Shown piece after piece: positions 10,437 to 20,232 of a DNA stretch of 64,000 bases. Source of the stretch: a virus. Lineage: Duplodnaviria > Caudoviricetes. The stretch is from the IMG/VR virus record IMGVR_UViG_3300005937_000004, positions 14,950 through 78,949 of that record; one strand, given 5' to 3'. How positions within the stretch are numbered: the first letter of the stretch is position 1; the number at the start of each line of letters is the position of its first letter. Under the pieces are notes generated by a model. That model did no database searches and was not told the origin of the DNA. It saw only the letters and a list, made by a program, of their open reading frames with translations. The position numbers and the translations under genes were made by a program.

Positions 10437-10940
10437 TCAGCCTTCACCTCGTTTGAGGATGTCCTCGATTGCGACGTCTTCATCCCATTGGGCTATGAAG
10501 TATTTGTTTGAGCAATCGCGGATCGTTCCAAAGAGGATCGGGTCCGGTGGCGGAATCATCTTGGTTGCGTTCTCCACTTTGAGAGTGGCAACCTCAAAGC
10601 CATCGAAGCACTTGAGCTCCTTGGCCTTTTTCAGTGCTTCCAGCACTGGAGTAGGCGGGATCTCTTCGTACTGATCGATTGGCGTGAAGTTCAACCGTTG
10701 CCAGGTTGATTTATAACTCCTGCCGATTCGGAGGACCGACAGGGTGCGTCGTCTGAGTTTTCGGTTGAACTTTTCAATGTTCTTCGGAGTCACAACCCTG
10801 TGATGCTCGGAAGCGATAGCCATTTTGCGGGCCATCTCGACTTTGCGATCGACAGTGCGTGATGCTGCTTTAAGCCCGAGAAGTTCGAGCTCAGTCTTTA
10901 ACGTGTCTTGGTTTTGTTTCGTCGTTGTTATTGTTTCCAT
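10437..10940 (-). CDS. Conserved phage hypothetical protein (PDPILFG..YFIAQWD type)
   Basis: Start reassigned to METITTTK. Confidence 0.65.
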   Translation of the reverse strand: METITTTKQNQDTLKTELELLGLKAASRTVDRKVEMARKMAIASEHHRVVTPKNIEKFNRKLRRRTLSVLRIGRSYKSTWQRLNFTPIDQYEEIPPTPVLEALKKAKELKCFDGFEVATLKVENATKMIPPPDPILFGTIRDCSNKYFIAQWDEDVAIEDILKRGEG

Positions 10941-11754
10941 TTTCAGTTTTATGTTTGTTGAGGGCCTCTTGAAAGATGCCGCGCAACGCCTCAACTTGTT
11001 TGTGCGTCATCTGTTTGGTTAGTTCTGGGGTAATTTCCAGGCCTATCTCTTTTACTGCTTGATAGGTCTCTGCTTGCTTAATTTTGACGGTGTACTCGTG
11101 AAGAATGTCTTCACCTTTCTGAACCTGTTCCTCACTGACCTCTGTGGCTTTGGCTTCTCTCTCCTGCTGACGCTCGACTGCACCTGTATCTTCTGCTTGC
11201 TGCATTTCCTCAGTAGTATACAGGCCGCTAAGCTCTTGCGGGAACGCCTTCCGCAGTGCCAGAGCTTCTGCGACTTTGGCGATCATGACCTCACTCATCT
11301 TGCCCCAGAATTGGTTCAAGCTGCCTTCTTTATCGGTGACAGCGTATGAATCAAACTTTGCTACCCCGTAACAGGGTTCCCTGAATCCTGTGCGCCATAC
11401 ACCGACCCTGGCTGCGGCTGGTGGACTCTTTGAGAGCCACACATCATACCATTTGCCTGAGTGATCTGCCCATTCTGGTTTGGTTTGACCTTCGTACTCG
11501 CCGGTTCTTTCCGCAATCAATCGGAAGCCATCGATTGATACTTGGAAAGTAAGCGAGTATCGTTTGTTCTTGTTGTCCCAGCGTTTAACTGCGTAGAGCT
11601 GTCTGGCTACTGGGTCCAAGCCAGTTCTCCTAGCGTGATACAGAAACAACTTTAGCTCATCATCGGTTGCTCCTTGCTTCATCAGCATGGACTTGATTAA
11701 GTCCACTTGTTCCAGGGTTAACTCTCTTTCAGTCCGCGTCGTAAGTGTGCTCAT
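10891..11754 (-). CDS. bet: Single-strand annealing recombinase, Bet/RecT family
   Basis: [61 protein letters not shown]. Confidence 0.93.
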   Translation of the reverse strand: MSTLTTRTERELTLEQVDLIKSMLMKQGATDDELKLFLYHARRTGLDPVARQLYAVKRWDNKNKRYSLTFQVSIDGFRLIAERTGEYEGQTKPEWADHSGKWYDVWLSKSPPAAARVGVWRTGFREPCYGVAKFDSYAVTDKEGSLNQFWGKMSEVMIAKVAEALALRKAFPQELSGLYTTEEMQQAEDTGAVERQQEREAKATEVSEEQVQKGEDILHEYTVKIKQAETYQAVKEIGLEITPELTKQMTHKQVEALRGIFQEALNKHKTENGNNNNDETKPRHVKD

Positions 11755-12046
11755 TCAGGTTCCTTTCTCTTCTTCGGATTATTTCTATAACTACTTCGTA
11801 CATCTGCTGTTTAGGCAAACGTTCGATAGTATCATGAGCCACGGGGCATAAAAGGCAAACTTGAAATAGTTCGTCTCCCCGGATGTCTGCGCGTTTTTTT
11901 GAATGAGCGAAACTGAGGCCGTCATAGTGCCAGCACGCATGAGGCCACCACGCCTCGCAGTGGGTGATACCCGCCTGCTCGAATGTGACTTTTAGAATGC
12001 GTCTAGCGTTTTCCCAGGCTTTTGTCTTTTTGCCTCGGCGTCTCAC
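11729..12046 (-). CDS. Small HNH/Ref-like nuclease
   Basis: CE...C....FAH..KR and LLCPVAHD; adjacent to bet. Confidence 0.55.
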   Translation of the reverse strand: MRRRGKKTKAWENARRILKVTFEQAGITHCEAWWPHACWHYDGLSFAHSKKRADIRGDELFQVCLLCPVAHDTIERLPKQQMYEVVIEIIRRRERNLNEHTYDAD

Positions 12047-12265
12047 CTATCGGGTTACTGCCCATACCAGCACGATGACCATGCTGATTGCCAGAAGCAG
12101 ATACCAAATGAGTTTGGCTCTTTTTCTCTTCTGCCTGGCTACATCCAGGTTGTATGCTGTAGCCAGGAATACTGGTCGTCGGCTCTGGTAATGCTCTGGT
12201 AATGACATGCCTTTTGATTCCATATCGATGTTGGGTGGCGTGCTTTCTTTATTTTCAGGTTTCAA
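12047..12265 (-). CDS. Hypothetical protein with C-terminal TM helix
   Basis: 72 aa with a hydrophobic tail. Confidence 0.55.
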   Translation of the reverse strand: MKPENKESTPPNIDMESKGMSLPEHYQSRRPVFLATAYNLDVARQKRKRAKLIWYLLLAISMVIVLVWAVTR

Positions 12266-12471
12266 CTTTTCCTCCTCCTTTCTGGTTTTTTGATTCTGTA
12301 ATCACATACATCCCAATCCCAGGATGGTTCCCAGCCTTCCAGGGTGTTGTGCCTCCAGATCCCTTCATGTTTGAGCTGCCATTCGATTGGATGACCTTCC
12401 AGGAAGAGTTGCATAATCAGCAGTCGTCCTTTCATTTCATCCACTAAAAATCTAGTGTGTTCATATTGCAT
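12262..12471 (-). CDS. Hypothetical protein (EPSWDW..CDYRIK type)
   Basis: 69 aa; ATGA overlap with the next gene. Confidence 0.6.
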   Translation of the reverse strand: MQYEHTRFLVDEMKGRLLIMQLFLEGHPIEWQLKHEGIWRHNTLEGWEPSWDWDVCDYRIKKPERRRKS

Positions 12472-12538
12472 AAAGAATTTTCCTATAAAAGTTTCAGTTT
12501 TCGTTTGACAAAGAATTTGATTGCGTCAGGATCAGTTC

Positions 12539-12645
12539 GGTGATAAGCATATTCAACAGACCTCTCAACGCTGCGGCTGGCGGCAAACTCAATAAAGAGC
12601 TTATCACCAAGCCGACGGTCGTAGCGTTGGGGGGTTTTTTCTTTT
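12539..12645 (+). promoter_or_regulatory. Structured leader of the initiator gene: terminator-like hairpin with pseudoknot or alternative pairing
   Basis: 24-bp stem 12561-12584/12611-12634 (1 mismatch, 5 G-U) then TTTTTTCTTTT; loop segment 12599-12608 is the exact complement of 12539-12548. Confidence 0.7.
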
Positions 12646-12651
12646 CTCTCA

Positions 12652-13290
12652 ATGTCCGTTCGTGCACTGACATGGGCGCTTGATCAGAAGACAGGCTCGC
12701 CAATCAGCAAGCTGGTTTTGCTCAAACTGGCTGACGCGGCCAACGATTCAGATGGGCAATGCTGGCCATCGAGAGCAACAATAGCGGAAGAGTGTGAGCT
12801 GAGCTTTGAATCGGTAAAACGCCATATCAAACTGCTGGCCGATCAAGGATTGCTTGAGGTTTATCACAGGAAGCTCAGTTCCGTTCATTCATCTAACCTT
12901 TATCGGCTTCCCTTCAAGAGGGGGGTGGGGTCTGACAGACCCCAGGGTGGGGTCTCACAGACCCCAGGGGTAGGGTCTGACAGACCCCCTAACCATAATA
13001 AAGAACCAGAATTGAACCTATCCCCTATAGTCCCCGAACAGATCTACGATCTTTATCCTTTAAAAGCAGCAAAACCAAAGGCGATCGCCGCGATTAAGAA
13101 AGCCTTAGCAAAATATCCAGCCAAACTGCTATTGGAAAAGACCAGAGAATTTGCTGCTGCCAGAAATGGGGATTTGGAATTCTGTCCCATGCCAACCACC
13201 TGGTTTAATCAAGAGCGCTTTAATGACGAGCCCTCAACCTGGGTTCGCCAGAAACCAAAACAACCCAAGCCATATGATCCAATGATATGA
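12652..13290 (+). CDS. Phage replication initiator (HTH_36-type N-terminus)
   Basis: KLVLLKLAD.AND..QCWPS..TIA.ECELS..SV.RHIK.L...G; internal iterons; PTTWFNQERF.DE. Confidence 0.85.
   Translation: MSVRALTWALDQKTGSPISKLVLLKLADAANDSDGQCWPSRATIAEECELSFESVKRHIKLLADQGLLEVYHRKLSSVHSSNLYRLPFKRGVGSDRPQGGVSQTPGVGSDRPPNHNKEPELNLSPIVPEQIYDLYPLKAAKPKAIAAIKKALAKYPAKLLLEKTREFAAARNGDLEFCPMPTTWFNQERFNDEPSTWVRQKPKQPKPYDPMI
12927..12988 (+). repeat. Three palindromic 17-bp iterons, putative replication origin
   Basis: GGGGTCTGACAGACCCC at 12927, GGGGTCTCACAGACCCC at 12949, AGGGTCTGACAGACCCC at 12972; period 22-23 bp. Confidence 0.8.
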
Positions 13291-14993
13291 ACGTCGACAG
13301 ACAATTCATCCTGAGTCAAAATCCACTCGCCACCTTCCTCGAACGCGCTGGTATCCGGTTACGCGGTTCAACCCCAGTGTTGAGGACTAATGTGTGTCCC
13401 AGGCGGGAACATAAGCGTGACCATCTGTGTGTTGACGTCAATGTCGACACCAACCTCTGGTGCTGCCATGATTGCGATAACATCGGTGGAACTGTGATCG
13501 ATTGGGTTATGCACTCGAAAGGTTGCTCTGTTAAGGAGGCGATCGATTCATTTGTGCCTGGCGGCGGCGCATTAGCCCCTAAAACTGCGCGCAAACCAGA
13601 AAAGGTATCAGAACAGCGCGAACCCAAACAAAACGAAATACAGAGGATTGTAGCGACATACAGCTATTGCGATAGCGCAGGTAATTTGCGATATGAAGTG
13701 GTTCGCTATGAGCCGAAGAGTTTCCGGCAACGACGCCCCGACCCAGATAATCCTGGTAAATGGATCTGGAGCTTGGACAAGAGCGAACGTATTTTATACA
13801 ATCTTCCAGAGGTTCTGCTGTCTGAAACCATTTTCTTAACTGAGGGCGAGAAAGACGCGGACAATCTATCGGCTCTTGGCTTTGTGGCGACTACACATCC
13901 ATGTGGTGCAGGACAATGGTTGCCAGCTTATGCTGAAAACCTTCGCGCCAAGCATATTGTAATTTGTCCGGATGATGATAAAGATGGACGCGAATGGGTT
14001 AAAGCCGTAATCGAATCACTACGAGATAAAGCATTATCGATCAAGCTACTGAAGTTTCCAACCAAGGATGTAAGTGATTTCATTGAGTCCTGTTTTACTC
14101 CGGAGACCGCTAGAACGGAGATCGATAAGCTCATTGCCTCGACACCCCATTTACAACCCCCACCACCGCTCTTTTCGATTGAGGAAATGGCAATACGCTA
14201 CCGAGAATTTGTGAGACGACTTGGCGACAACGCATTCAGGCTTGGAAAGTTTCTTCCATCTCTCGATGTGGTGAAACAGGGACTCTGGCCAGGGGATTTG
14301 GTCCTTCTACTGGCCGACACTGGCGTAGGTAAGAGTCTTGTGTGTCAGTGCCTTGCACGAGCCGCGCATCCCTTGCCTACGCTATTCTTTGAGTTGGAAA
14401 TCTCCCTCGAACTATTGTTCCAGCGTTACATCCAACATGAGCTGGGCGTAAGGGATGAGGATGTGGAACACGAATATGTAAACAATGACAATCCGATCGA
14501 CTGGAAAGAGATGAACGGCCTCAACCATATTCTGACCTGCCCAGAGAGCGGGTTAACTGTTCCGCAGATAGAAGAATACATTGTCAAAAGCCAGCTGCGC
14601 TTTGGTGAACCAGCCAAGATCGCATTCATCGATTACGTAGGATTATTGGGTGGTGAAGGTCGATCACGTTACGAACAGGTCAGCAAAGCTGCTGAGCAAT
14701 TGAAAGTCATGGCCAAACGCCAGGCTATTATCACGGTTGTAGTGGCACAGATCTCGCGCCCTGACAATAAGAAAGAATCCAACGAAATACGCTTGCATGA
14801 TGCCAGAGATTCTGGTGCTTTGGAATCATCCAGTGCCCTGGTGATCGGATGTTGGAAGAGTGCTCTGGACAAAATGACATTCAAAATTCTAAAGAACACC
14901 AGAGGCAGAGCCGGTAAACAGTTCGAAGCCAATTTTGATGGGTCACGAATGAGAATAACCGAACCGCCAATCCAAACACTGATGTCAGCATGA
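13287..14993 (+). CDS. Primase-helicase (Zn-binding domain + TOPRIM + DnaB-like SF4 helicase)
   Basis: C..H/CHDC Zn motif; TEGEKDAD and PDDDKDG TOPRIM; ADTGVGKS Walker A; FIDY, AQISR, RDSGALE. Confidence 0.92.
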   Translation: MNVDRQFILSQNPLATFLERAGIRLRGSTPVLRTNVCPRREHKRDHLCVDVNVDTNLWCCHDCDNIGGTVIDWVMHSKGCSVKEAIDSFVPGGGALAPKTARKPEKVSEQREPKQNEIQRIVATYSYCDSAGNLRYEVVRYEPKSFRQRRPDPDNPGKWIWSLDKSERILYNLPEVLLSETIFLTEGEKDADNLSALGFVATTHPCGAGQWLPAYAENLRAKHIVICPDDDKDGREWVKAVIESLRDKALSIKLLKFPTKDVSDFIESCFTPETARTEIDKLIASTPHLQPPPPLFSIEEMAIRYREFVRRLGDNAFRLGKFLPSLDVVKQGLWPGDLVLLLADTGVGKSLVCQCLARAAHPLPTLFFELEISLELLFQRYIQHELGVRDEDVEHEYVNNDNPIDWKEMNGLNHILTCPESGLTVPQIEEYIVKSQLRFGEPAKIAFIDYVGLLGGEGRSRYEQVSKAAEQLKVMAKRQAIITVVVAQISRPDNKKESNEIRLHDARDSGALESSSALVIGCWKSALDKMTFKILKNTRGRAGKQFEANFDGSRMRITEPPIQTLMSA

Positions 14994-15166
14994 AAACTGA
15001 ACGAACCAGAGAAACATTACCAAAAGGCGCAATCCGCAGGGTGGCTTGCTGCCACAAATACGCAGGAATAATCCATCAGTTCAAAACACTCAGATACTAT
15101 CGGCCTTACATTCCTGTTGGCAGATCTTACGGGCTAAACCAAAATCGATGGGGGTGGCTGCGATGA
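14990..15166 (+). CDS. Hypothetical 58-aa protein not in the ORF track
   Basis: ATGA overlaps at both ends; MKTERTRETLPKG...WGWLR. Confidence 0.55.
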   Translation: MKTERTRETLPKGAIRRVACCHKYAGIIHQFKTLRYYRPYIPVGRSYGLNQNRWGWLR

Positions 15167-15504
15167 AGCAAGGATATCTGTTCGATATGGCGCTGGGTGT
15201 ACAAAAGGGCGAGGAAGGCATGAATCTCGCTTTACTTGCCAAAGGTAAAGCCGATTGGGATGAACGCAGAGACGATTGGCTTGACCGACACGAAAAAGGT
15301 TTCCAATTCACTGCTGACGATCTGGCATTTGCCAGACTTTTGGCCAACGATCCTGATGATGGCCCAAACGGGAACAACGATTTCAGTGGATGGTTTAATA
15401 GAGCCAGGAGACGGCACCTGATCAAACGGACCGGAGAATGGATTCGGAGCCGCAGAGTGAGCAACCATGGGCACATGATTCCGATCTGGGAAAAAGTTTA
15501 CTAA
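15163..15504 (+). CDS. Hypothetical protein (SHGH..P.W type)
   Basis: Start reassigned to MKQGYLFD. Confidence 0.65.
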   Translation: MKQGYLFDMALGVQKGEEGMNLALLAKGKADWDERRDDWLDRHEKGFQFTADDLAFARLLANDPDDGPNGNNDFSGWFNRARRRHLIKRTGEWIRSRRVSNHGHMIPIWEKVY

Positions 15505-15567
15505 ACTTTTTGACTTGACACTCCATTAAGTAAGGATTTTCCTGATATCCCGTGGCCAGTACACGGG

Positions 15568-16269
15568 ATGTCTAACGCACCACTCAGTTATGCTGAGCGA
15601 CAAATTGCACATGACGTCGAGTATGTGCGGGCATGGGAGAACGCTCCAGCTAGATTCAAGCGTGTGGCTTCAAAACTGGGTCTCGCTTGTGACCCGGAAC
15701 ACCGAGACGGGATGGCCATTCAGTATGAGGAAAACTACATCGAATCCTCCTACAGACCGAACATGGCGGACCTGGTGGATAACCATGTCGACATCGTTAT
15801 TGAGAGGTATGGTCCACAGCACGCTGTCCTTATCCGATCTATTGCTGCGGATCTCAAAAAGCCGATGGAAGAAGAGCTCATCCGCAACCGGGCATTTTTA
15901 CTCGGGAGGGTCGCATGTTATTTAATCAAGGAAGAAGGCCCCAAAATTTTACCCCGTGTTCATGCACTTTTGCACTCTATCCCGGGCTTAGCCAAAGGGG
16001 CAGGATATGGCTCATTGCGAGCCAGTGCAGTGAAGTGCAGGGTGAGCGCGGAATGGCTCCGACGCCGACGGGACAAGTGGTGTCATGTACTTTCTATTCC
16101 TATCCCAACCGAGAGCAGAAAATCAAATGAAGCCCGCGAAAAATACAGACAAAACGCTTGTGTGAATCACTGGCGTCATCAAACATACAAAAATGGAAAA
16201 CACAACGGAACAAACGGAAACGGTAACGGCACCACCGACGAACAGCTCAATCGAACTGGCCATTGTTAA
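15568..16269 (+). CDS. Hypothetical protein
   Basis: 233 aa ORF. Confidence 0.7.
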   Translation: MSNAPLSYAERQIAHDVEYVRAWENAPARFKRVASKLGLACDPEHRDGMAIQYEENYIESSYRPNMADLVDNHVDIVIERYGPQHAVLIRSIAADLKKPMEEELIRNRAFLLGRVACYLIKEEGPKILPRVHALLHSIPGLAKGAGYGSLRASAVKCRVSAEWLRRRRDKWCHVLSIPIPTESRKSNEAREKYRQNACVNHWRHQTYKNGKHNGTNGNGNGTTDEQLNRTGHC

Positions 16270-16900
16270 AGGCCAAGAATCAGGAATCATACGGTGTATA
16301 GACACCGGACTTGAGATCGCTCCTGACTTAACATTTGAACAGTGGTTTGAGTTGCTTGGATGGATTCGGTGGGCTCGTCATAAACTCACGATCGGTCTCG
16401 CTGACGCTATTGCTTACGGCAACATGCGTTTCGGAATGGAAAAGGTAAATGACAGTCTTGAGCAGCTGGAGTTCGATCTCCCGATGGTCAAAGCTGCCAT
16501 TACCATCAATTCTATTCCACCTGAGCTGCGATATCCGGAGTTGAGCGCTGATCACTATGTGGAATTGGCTCGCGCTGAGCTTTCCAAGAAAGAGAAAGCC
16601 AAATGGGCCAAAACCGCAGCGGAGCTAAAACTCACACCAACTCAGCTCCGTCTGTCGATGGCTGAAGGTGAAGTCGTAGACACCGCTGCGGCCCGTCAGC
16701 TATCCACGGGTGTGATCACTATCCCAGGAATTCGCCAGGAATTCGATGTCTGGATGCATAGAGTCGGCGGGATTGAAGGTGTGCGTAAAATGGATTACGA
16801 CACCAAGCAAGAGATCTTCGAAGAACTCGAACCGCTGATGCTTTTTGCGATCAAACTGGAAGAAGAACTCTCCGGCGCAGCTGAAGCTATTTCCGAGTAA
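16193..16900 (+). CDS. LmbU-like DNA-binding protein
   Basis: LTFEQW..L......LAD...YG..RFG and LS..HY.ELA......KW...A...L....LR resemble the LmbU family. Confidence 0.55.
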   Translation: MENTTEQTETVTAPPTNSSIELAIVKGQESGIIRCIDTGLEIAPDLTFEQWFELLGWIRWARHKLTIGLADAIAYGNMRFGMEKVNDSLEQLEFDLPMVKAAITINSIPPELRYPELSADHYVELARAELSKKEKAKWAKTAAELKLTPTQLRLSMAEGEVVDTAAARQLSTGVITIPGIRQEFDVWMHRVGGIEGVRKMDYDTKQEIFEELEPLMLFAIKLEEELSGAAEAISE

Positions 16901-17072
16901 CCTTCTTTTTTTTCCGTTTTTTTGGTGGTTGATAGGTGATACCTGTTCGTGGATCTGTCCACGGCATACCCACACTGTGGGTCACTCTTCTGGCCACGTC
17001 ATAGAGACGCGGATCTTCTGGTGGGACATGTGGTCCCATGGCATTCCAACCTGCGTGTCCTTTTGGGTGCAT
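16887..17072 (-). CDS. Hypothetical protein
   Basis: 61 aa, coupled to 17072-17407. Confidence 0.5.
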   Translation of the reverse strand: MHPKGHAGWNAMGPHVPPEDPRLYDVARRVTHSVGMPWTDPRTGITYQPPKKRKKKKVTRK

Positions 17073-17407
17073 TATTTCCTGTGTTTAAAGAAAGTGTCGA
17101 TGATGAGCCTGATATCGTCTCTGGCTTGGTCATCTAATCCTCCTGGTATACGGCCAGCAAACATGATGAAAGCCCTCTCGATTAGACCTTCCCGGTCATC
17201 TGCATCGATCATGACAGCGCAATGAGCACATGCTGCCCAAGCGCCTTTGGACATGTGACCCTCTACGACTTCGACATCTTCGGCGTCGTATATTTTTGCT
17301 GATGGCCCTGATGCGCTGCAAAAATCACAAAGTATCTCACCAGGGTCAGCAAGAGTTTCAGCCAGGTTGCCCTCTTCATCTATGAATGTCCGTATCTTTT
17401 TCACCAC
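17072..17407 (-). CDS. Hypothetical Zn-binding protein (CDFC...CAHC)
   Basis: Two CxxC motifs. Confidence 0.65.
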   Translation of the reverse strand: MVKKIRTFIDEEGNLAETLADPGEILCDFCSASGPSAKIYDAEDVEVVEGHMSKGAWAACAHCAVMIDADDREGLIERAFIMFAGRIPGGLDDQARDDIRLIIDTFFKHRK

Positions 17408-17628
17408 TCAGGTCTTTCTACCCTGCTGTCGTGTTTGTCCCAGTCTACAAAACGCGACCGTTTGCTCTTTGGTTTACCACCTCGCCTGGGTGCACCAATA
17501 GGCTCAATTCTTTCGCCATTTGATTGAGGCGGTTTGATTTTGATGTCTTTGCCCAGCATCCGTAGTCCTTGCTTTGTTAACGGAATGTATGGGCGCGGTT
17601 CATATGAGTTTTCGTTTTTGGAGTTCAT
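17401..17628 (-). CDS. Hypothetical protein
   Basis: Fills the gap in a co-oriented chain. Confidence 0.4.
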   Translation of the reverse strand: MNSKNENSYEPRPYIPLTKQGLRMLGKDIKIKPPQSNGERIEPIGAPRRGGKPKSKRSRFVDWDKHDSRVERPEW

Positions 17629-17875
17629 CTTTCAGTTCCTGTTGCTGTTCCGGGGTGAGGGGAACGATCTCCATTTTTTCACCTGGCGGATTGATTATTT
17701 CCGCACACGACATGCAAACGGGTTTGATCCCTTTGCCTACCATCATTAACCCTGTGGGGGAAATCCAGATGTCTGTGCGACATCTGAGACATTTAATGAT
17801 GATGCTTCCTTGTACTGCTTCATTTCCTGGTTTGGCTTCCAGGCATATTAGGTGCTCAGGCTTCTCTGCAGCCAT
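17600..17875 (-). CDS. Hypothetical Zn-binding protein (CLRC...CMSC)
   Basis: Two CxxC motifs; similar in style to 20724-21044. Confidence 0.55.
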   Translation of the reverse strand: MAAEKPEHLICLEAKPGNEAVQGSIIIKCLRCRTDIWISPTGLMMVGKGIKPVCMSCAEIINPPGEKMEIVPLTPEQQQELKDELQKRKLI

Positions 17876-18129
17876 TTCTGATAACAGGCTCGTTTGTTGA
17901 GCCAGAGTTCCATTTGTTGCTTCACTTCGGTTTCTGTTCCAAAGAAATATCTCGGGAACCCATCGCAATAGTCGAGGTCGTTGTGACCGTCGACATAGAT
18001 CAGCCAATCACCGCGATCGCAGTAATGTGGCCGTTTAGATATATTGATTTTGTATTCACCGTCCATCCCTTCCCACAGTTCAATTGGCACCGTGAGATGG
18101 ATGCCGTCTTTGTCTGTTGTCCAGTTCAT
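17848..18129 (-). CDS. Hypothetical protein
   Basis: 93 aa; RPHYCDRG. Confidence 0.6.
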   Translation of the reverse strand: MNWTTDKDGIHLTVPIELWEGMDGEYKINISKRPHYCDRGDWLIYVDGHNDLDYCDGFPRYFFGTETEVKQQMELWLNKRACYQKWLQRSLST

Positions 18130-18347
18130 TCTTCGGCTACTTTTATGATTGCTACTTTCTTTTCACATACACCGCACTCCAGGTGTAGACATTTGTTGAT
18201 CGAATCATATTTGACCATCAGATCCGCCTGAACATGGCATACGGAATGGATGTACATTTCCGGATCATGATGGTGCGTTGTGCATCCTGGAACGCTGCAG
18301 CCACCAGCTGTGAGGATGTCGAGATCCAATTGTGTTAGAGGATTCAT
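18126..18347 (-). CDS. Hypothetical Cys/His-rich protein
   Basis: 73 aa; ATGA overlap. Confidence 0.6.
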   Translation of the reverse strand: MNPLTQLDLDILTAGGCSVPGCTTHHHDPEMYIHSVCHVQADLMVKYDSINKCLHLECGVCEKKVAIIKVAEE

Positions 18348-18489
18348 GGCTTAAGGGGTGAGCAGGACGCGCCCCTTTTCTAAAGCAGAACACTGGCCAT
18401 GCCAGCCAGGCCCCGAGGTTTTGAAACAACTAAGTAACCTTAACCACTGTTACACTTGCCAAACCTGACGCGCCTGCTCAAAGCAAAGA

Positions 18490-18831
18490 TTAATCCATCA
18501 CCCGACGGATTTCACCCGTTGGATCTTCTTCCTGTGCGATGTGCACTTCGTAGGAAGTGTTGGGCTCCAGGAATATGGGTCCATGTTCGTCATGGATGAT
18601 CCTGGCCCCTTCACGGCCTACGACTACTATTGCGTTGCCACTGTTACCGAACCGATAAACCTCAGCACTGTTGAGATTTTCCAGTTTATGATGATGACCA
18701 GTGGCTTCTCCCTCTTGGATGATACCATTCTTTTGGTATTCCTCACTGTCCTTTGAAAGGCGATTGAGTCGCCAATGATTTCCGGTAATTGGCACAAACA
18801 TCAAGTCGCCTTGTCTATGTGGTTGTTTCAT
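18490..18831 (-). CDS. RQGD / GEATGHxH / HxEH family protein
   Basis: RQGDL, EGEATGHHH, IIHDEH, Q.ED...V.D; a family commonly paired with DUF6745. Confidence 0.8.
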   Translation of the reverse strand: MKQPHRQGDLMFVPITGNHWRLNRLSKDSEEYQKNGIIQEGEATGHHHKLENLNSAEVYRFGNSGNAIVVVGREGARIIHDEHGPIFLEPNTSYEVHIAQEEDPTGEIRRVMD

Positions 18832-18860
18832 TTTTCCCTTTCTGTTGCTTGTCCCGGGGG

Positions 18861-19970
18861 TTAGGTCTCTTGACCGACGATTTTAAAATAGTTACTCACA
18901 CCGAACATCCAGTCCAAGGCATGATCCACACGCTCAATGTGGTTCGGGACCAGATTGATGTAAACGGTGCCTGTAGACGGGCATGTCATTTGCAACGCAT
19001 GGATGCGAGATCGACCTTCGGCTCTATCTCTGACTGCCGAGATCACTGCTCTGGTTGGATCACCAACTGGATTTTGAATTGGGAATTCCATGCGCAGAAG
19101 TGTGTATCCACGCATCTTGTGTACAGGCTTACTTCCTGCATCTTCAAAGAACCGTTTAACACCGTAGAGCTTTATCTGCGCGCTCCGCACAGTAGCATTC
19201 GGTTCATTAATAATGTCTTGCCATTTGCCCCTGAAGAGCAAGTTCTTCCGATAGAATCTGCAACCGCAGTCGAATGTGGTTGGCTGAGTGGGTCTATCCC
19301 ATCTGCGCAGTGAACAGCGACCTACTTCTTTTGGATCTTCCTTGCGCGATCTACATTTCGATTGGTCCCGATACAGATTACGTGCTCTACTCAACCAATA
19401 GCGACCGCGCCTACGAGGTTTATCCAGGTCGCGCCATTGTTTGACGTAGCTTTCCAAAAGCTTTTCCTGTGTGAGTCCCAGTGGTGTATCTGCGTTGATT
19501 GATCCATCCTTATTGAATTTCAATGTTTTAGGGACTTCACGACCATCTTTACCATCCCTATCAGAGTTAAACTCTTTTCCTGAACCCTTTGGCCAATTCA
19601 CGATCATGGTGTGGTATGCGCAGGTATAAAACCGATACGGAAACGGGATATATTCGTTGATGCGCATCAATGCGCCCCATTCTGTGTATACCCCCATTGT
19701 GCCTACAGCCTGTATCCGTTCATTGTGACTGCGTATCTCTCTGACCATGCGCCCAGGGAAATTGATTGTGACTGTGCCATCCGGATACCACACCATCAGG
19801 TCAGTGCAGTTCCAATATTCCAGGGTGATGCGTCCTTTCTTCTTGTACAGCCTGGTAGAGCCACGATCCCTGACGATGCAGTTGCGGTAATTGTATTTGT
19901 GTCCGAATTCTGATATTGCTGTTGGATAGTCCATATGTGTTATTAGCTCCCATTCAAGTTGTTCGTTCAC
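18861..19970 (-). CDS. Protein with C-terminal DUF6745-like domain
   Basis: I.NEPNA.VR.....YG..RF and CPST...Y...VP......AL.W.FG. Confidence 0.65.
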   Translation of the reverse strand: MNEQLEWELITHMDYPTAISEFGHKYNYRNCIVRDRGSTRLYKKKGRITLEYWNCTDLMVWYPDGTVTINFPGRMVREIRSHNERIQAVGTMGVYTEWGALMRINEYIPFPYRFYTCAYHTMIVNWPKGSGKEFNSDRDGKDGREVPKTLKFNKDGSINADTPLGLTQEKLLESYVKQWRDLDKPRRRGRYWLSRARNLYRDQSKCRSRKEDPKEVGRCSLRRWDRPTQPTTFDCGCRFYRKNLLFRGKWQDIINEPNATVRSAQIKLYGVKRFFEDAGSKPVHKMRGYTLLRMEFPIQNPVGDPTRAVISAVRDRAEGRSRIHALQMTCPSTGTVYINLVPNHIERVDHALDWMFGVSNYFKIVGQET

Positions 19971-19971
19971 G

Positions 19972-20232
19972 TTAGTTGTTTCTTATCTCTTTGGTGATGC
20001 GTTTGACTAAGTCTTCCTGCAATCCCGGAATTGACATCAACGCCAGGATAAACAAGCGCCCCAGATTCTTGAGGCTTTGCACTTCTTCCTCATCGAGCTC
20101 GCGCTCAATTCTTTGTCTGTCCTCGGGGGTCTTAACGTAATAGCCAATAGCTTCTACGCGCATCCGATCGATCTGATCCTGTGGAACATCTAGTTCCACC
20201 ATCAGCTCATCGATTACCTGGATCATAGTCAT
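19972..20232 (-). CDS. Hypothetical protein
   Basis: Start reassigned to MTMIQV; similar in style to 21046-21309. Confidence 0.55.
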   Translation of the reverse strand: MTMIQVIDELMVELDVPQDQIDRMRVEAIGYYVKTPEDRQRIERELDEEEVQSLKNLGRLFILALMSIPGLQEDLVKRITKEIRNN

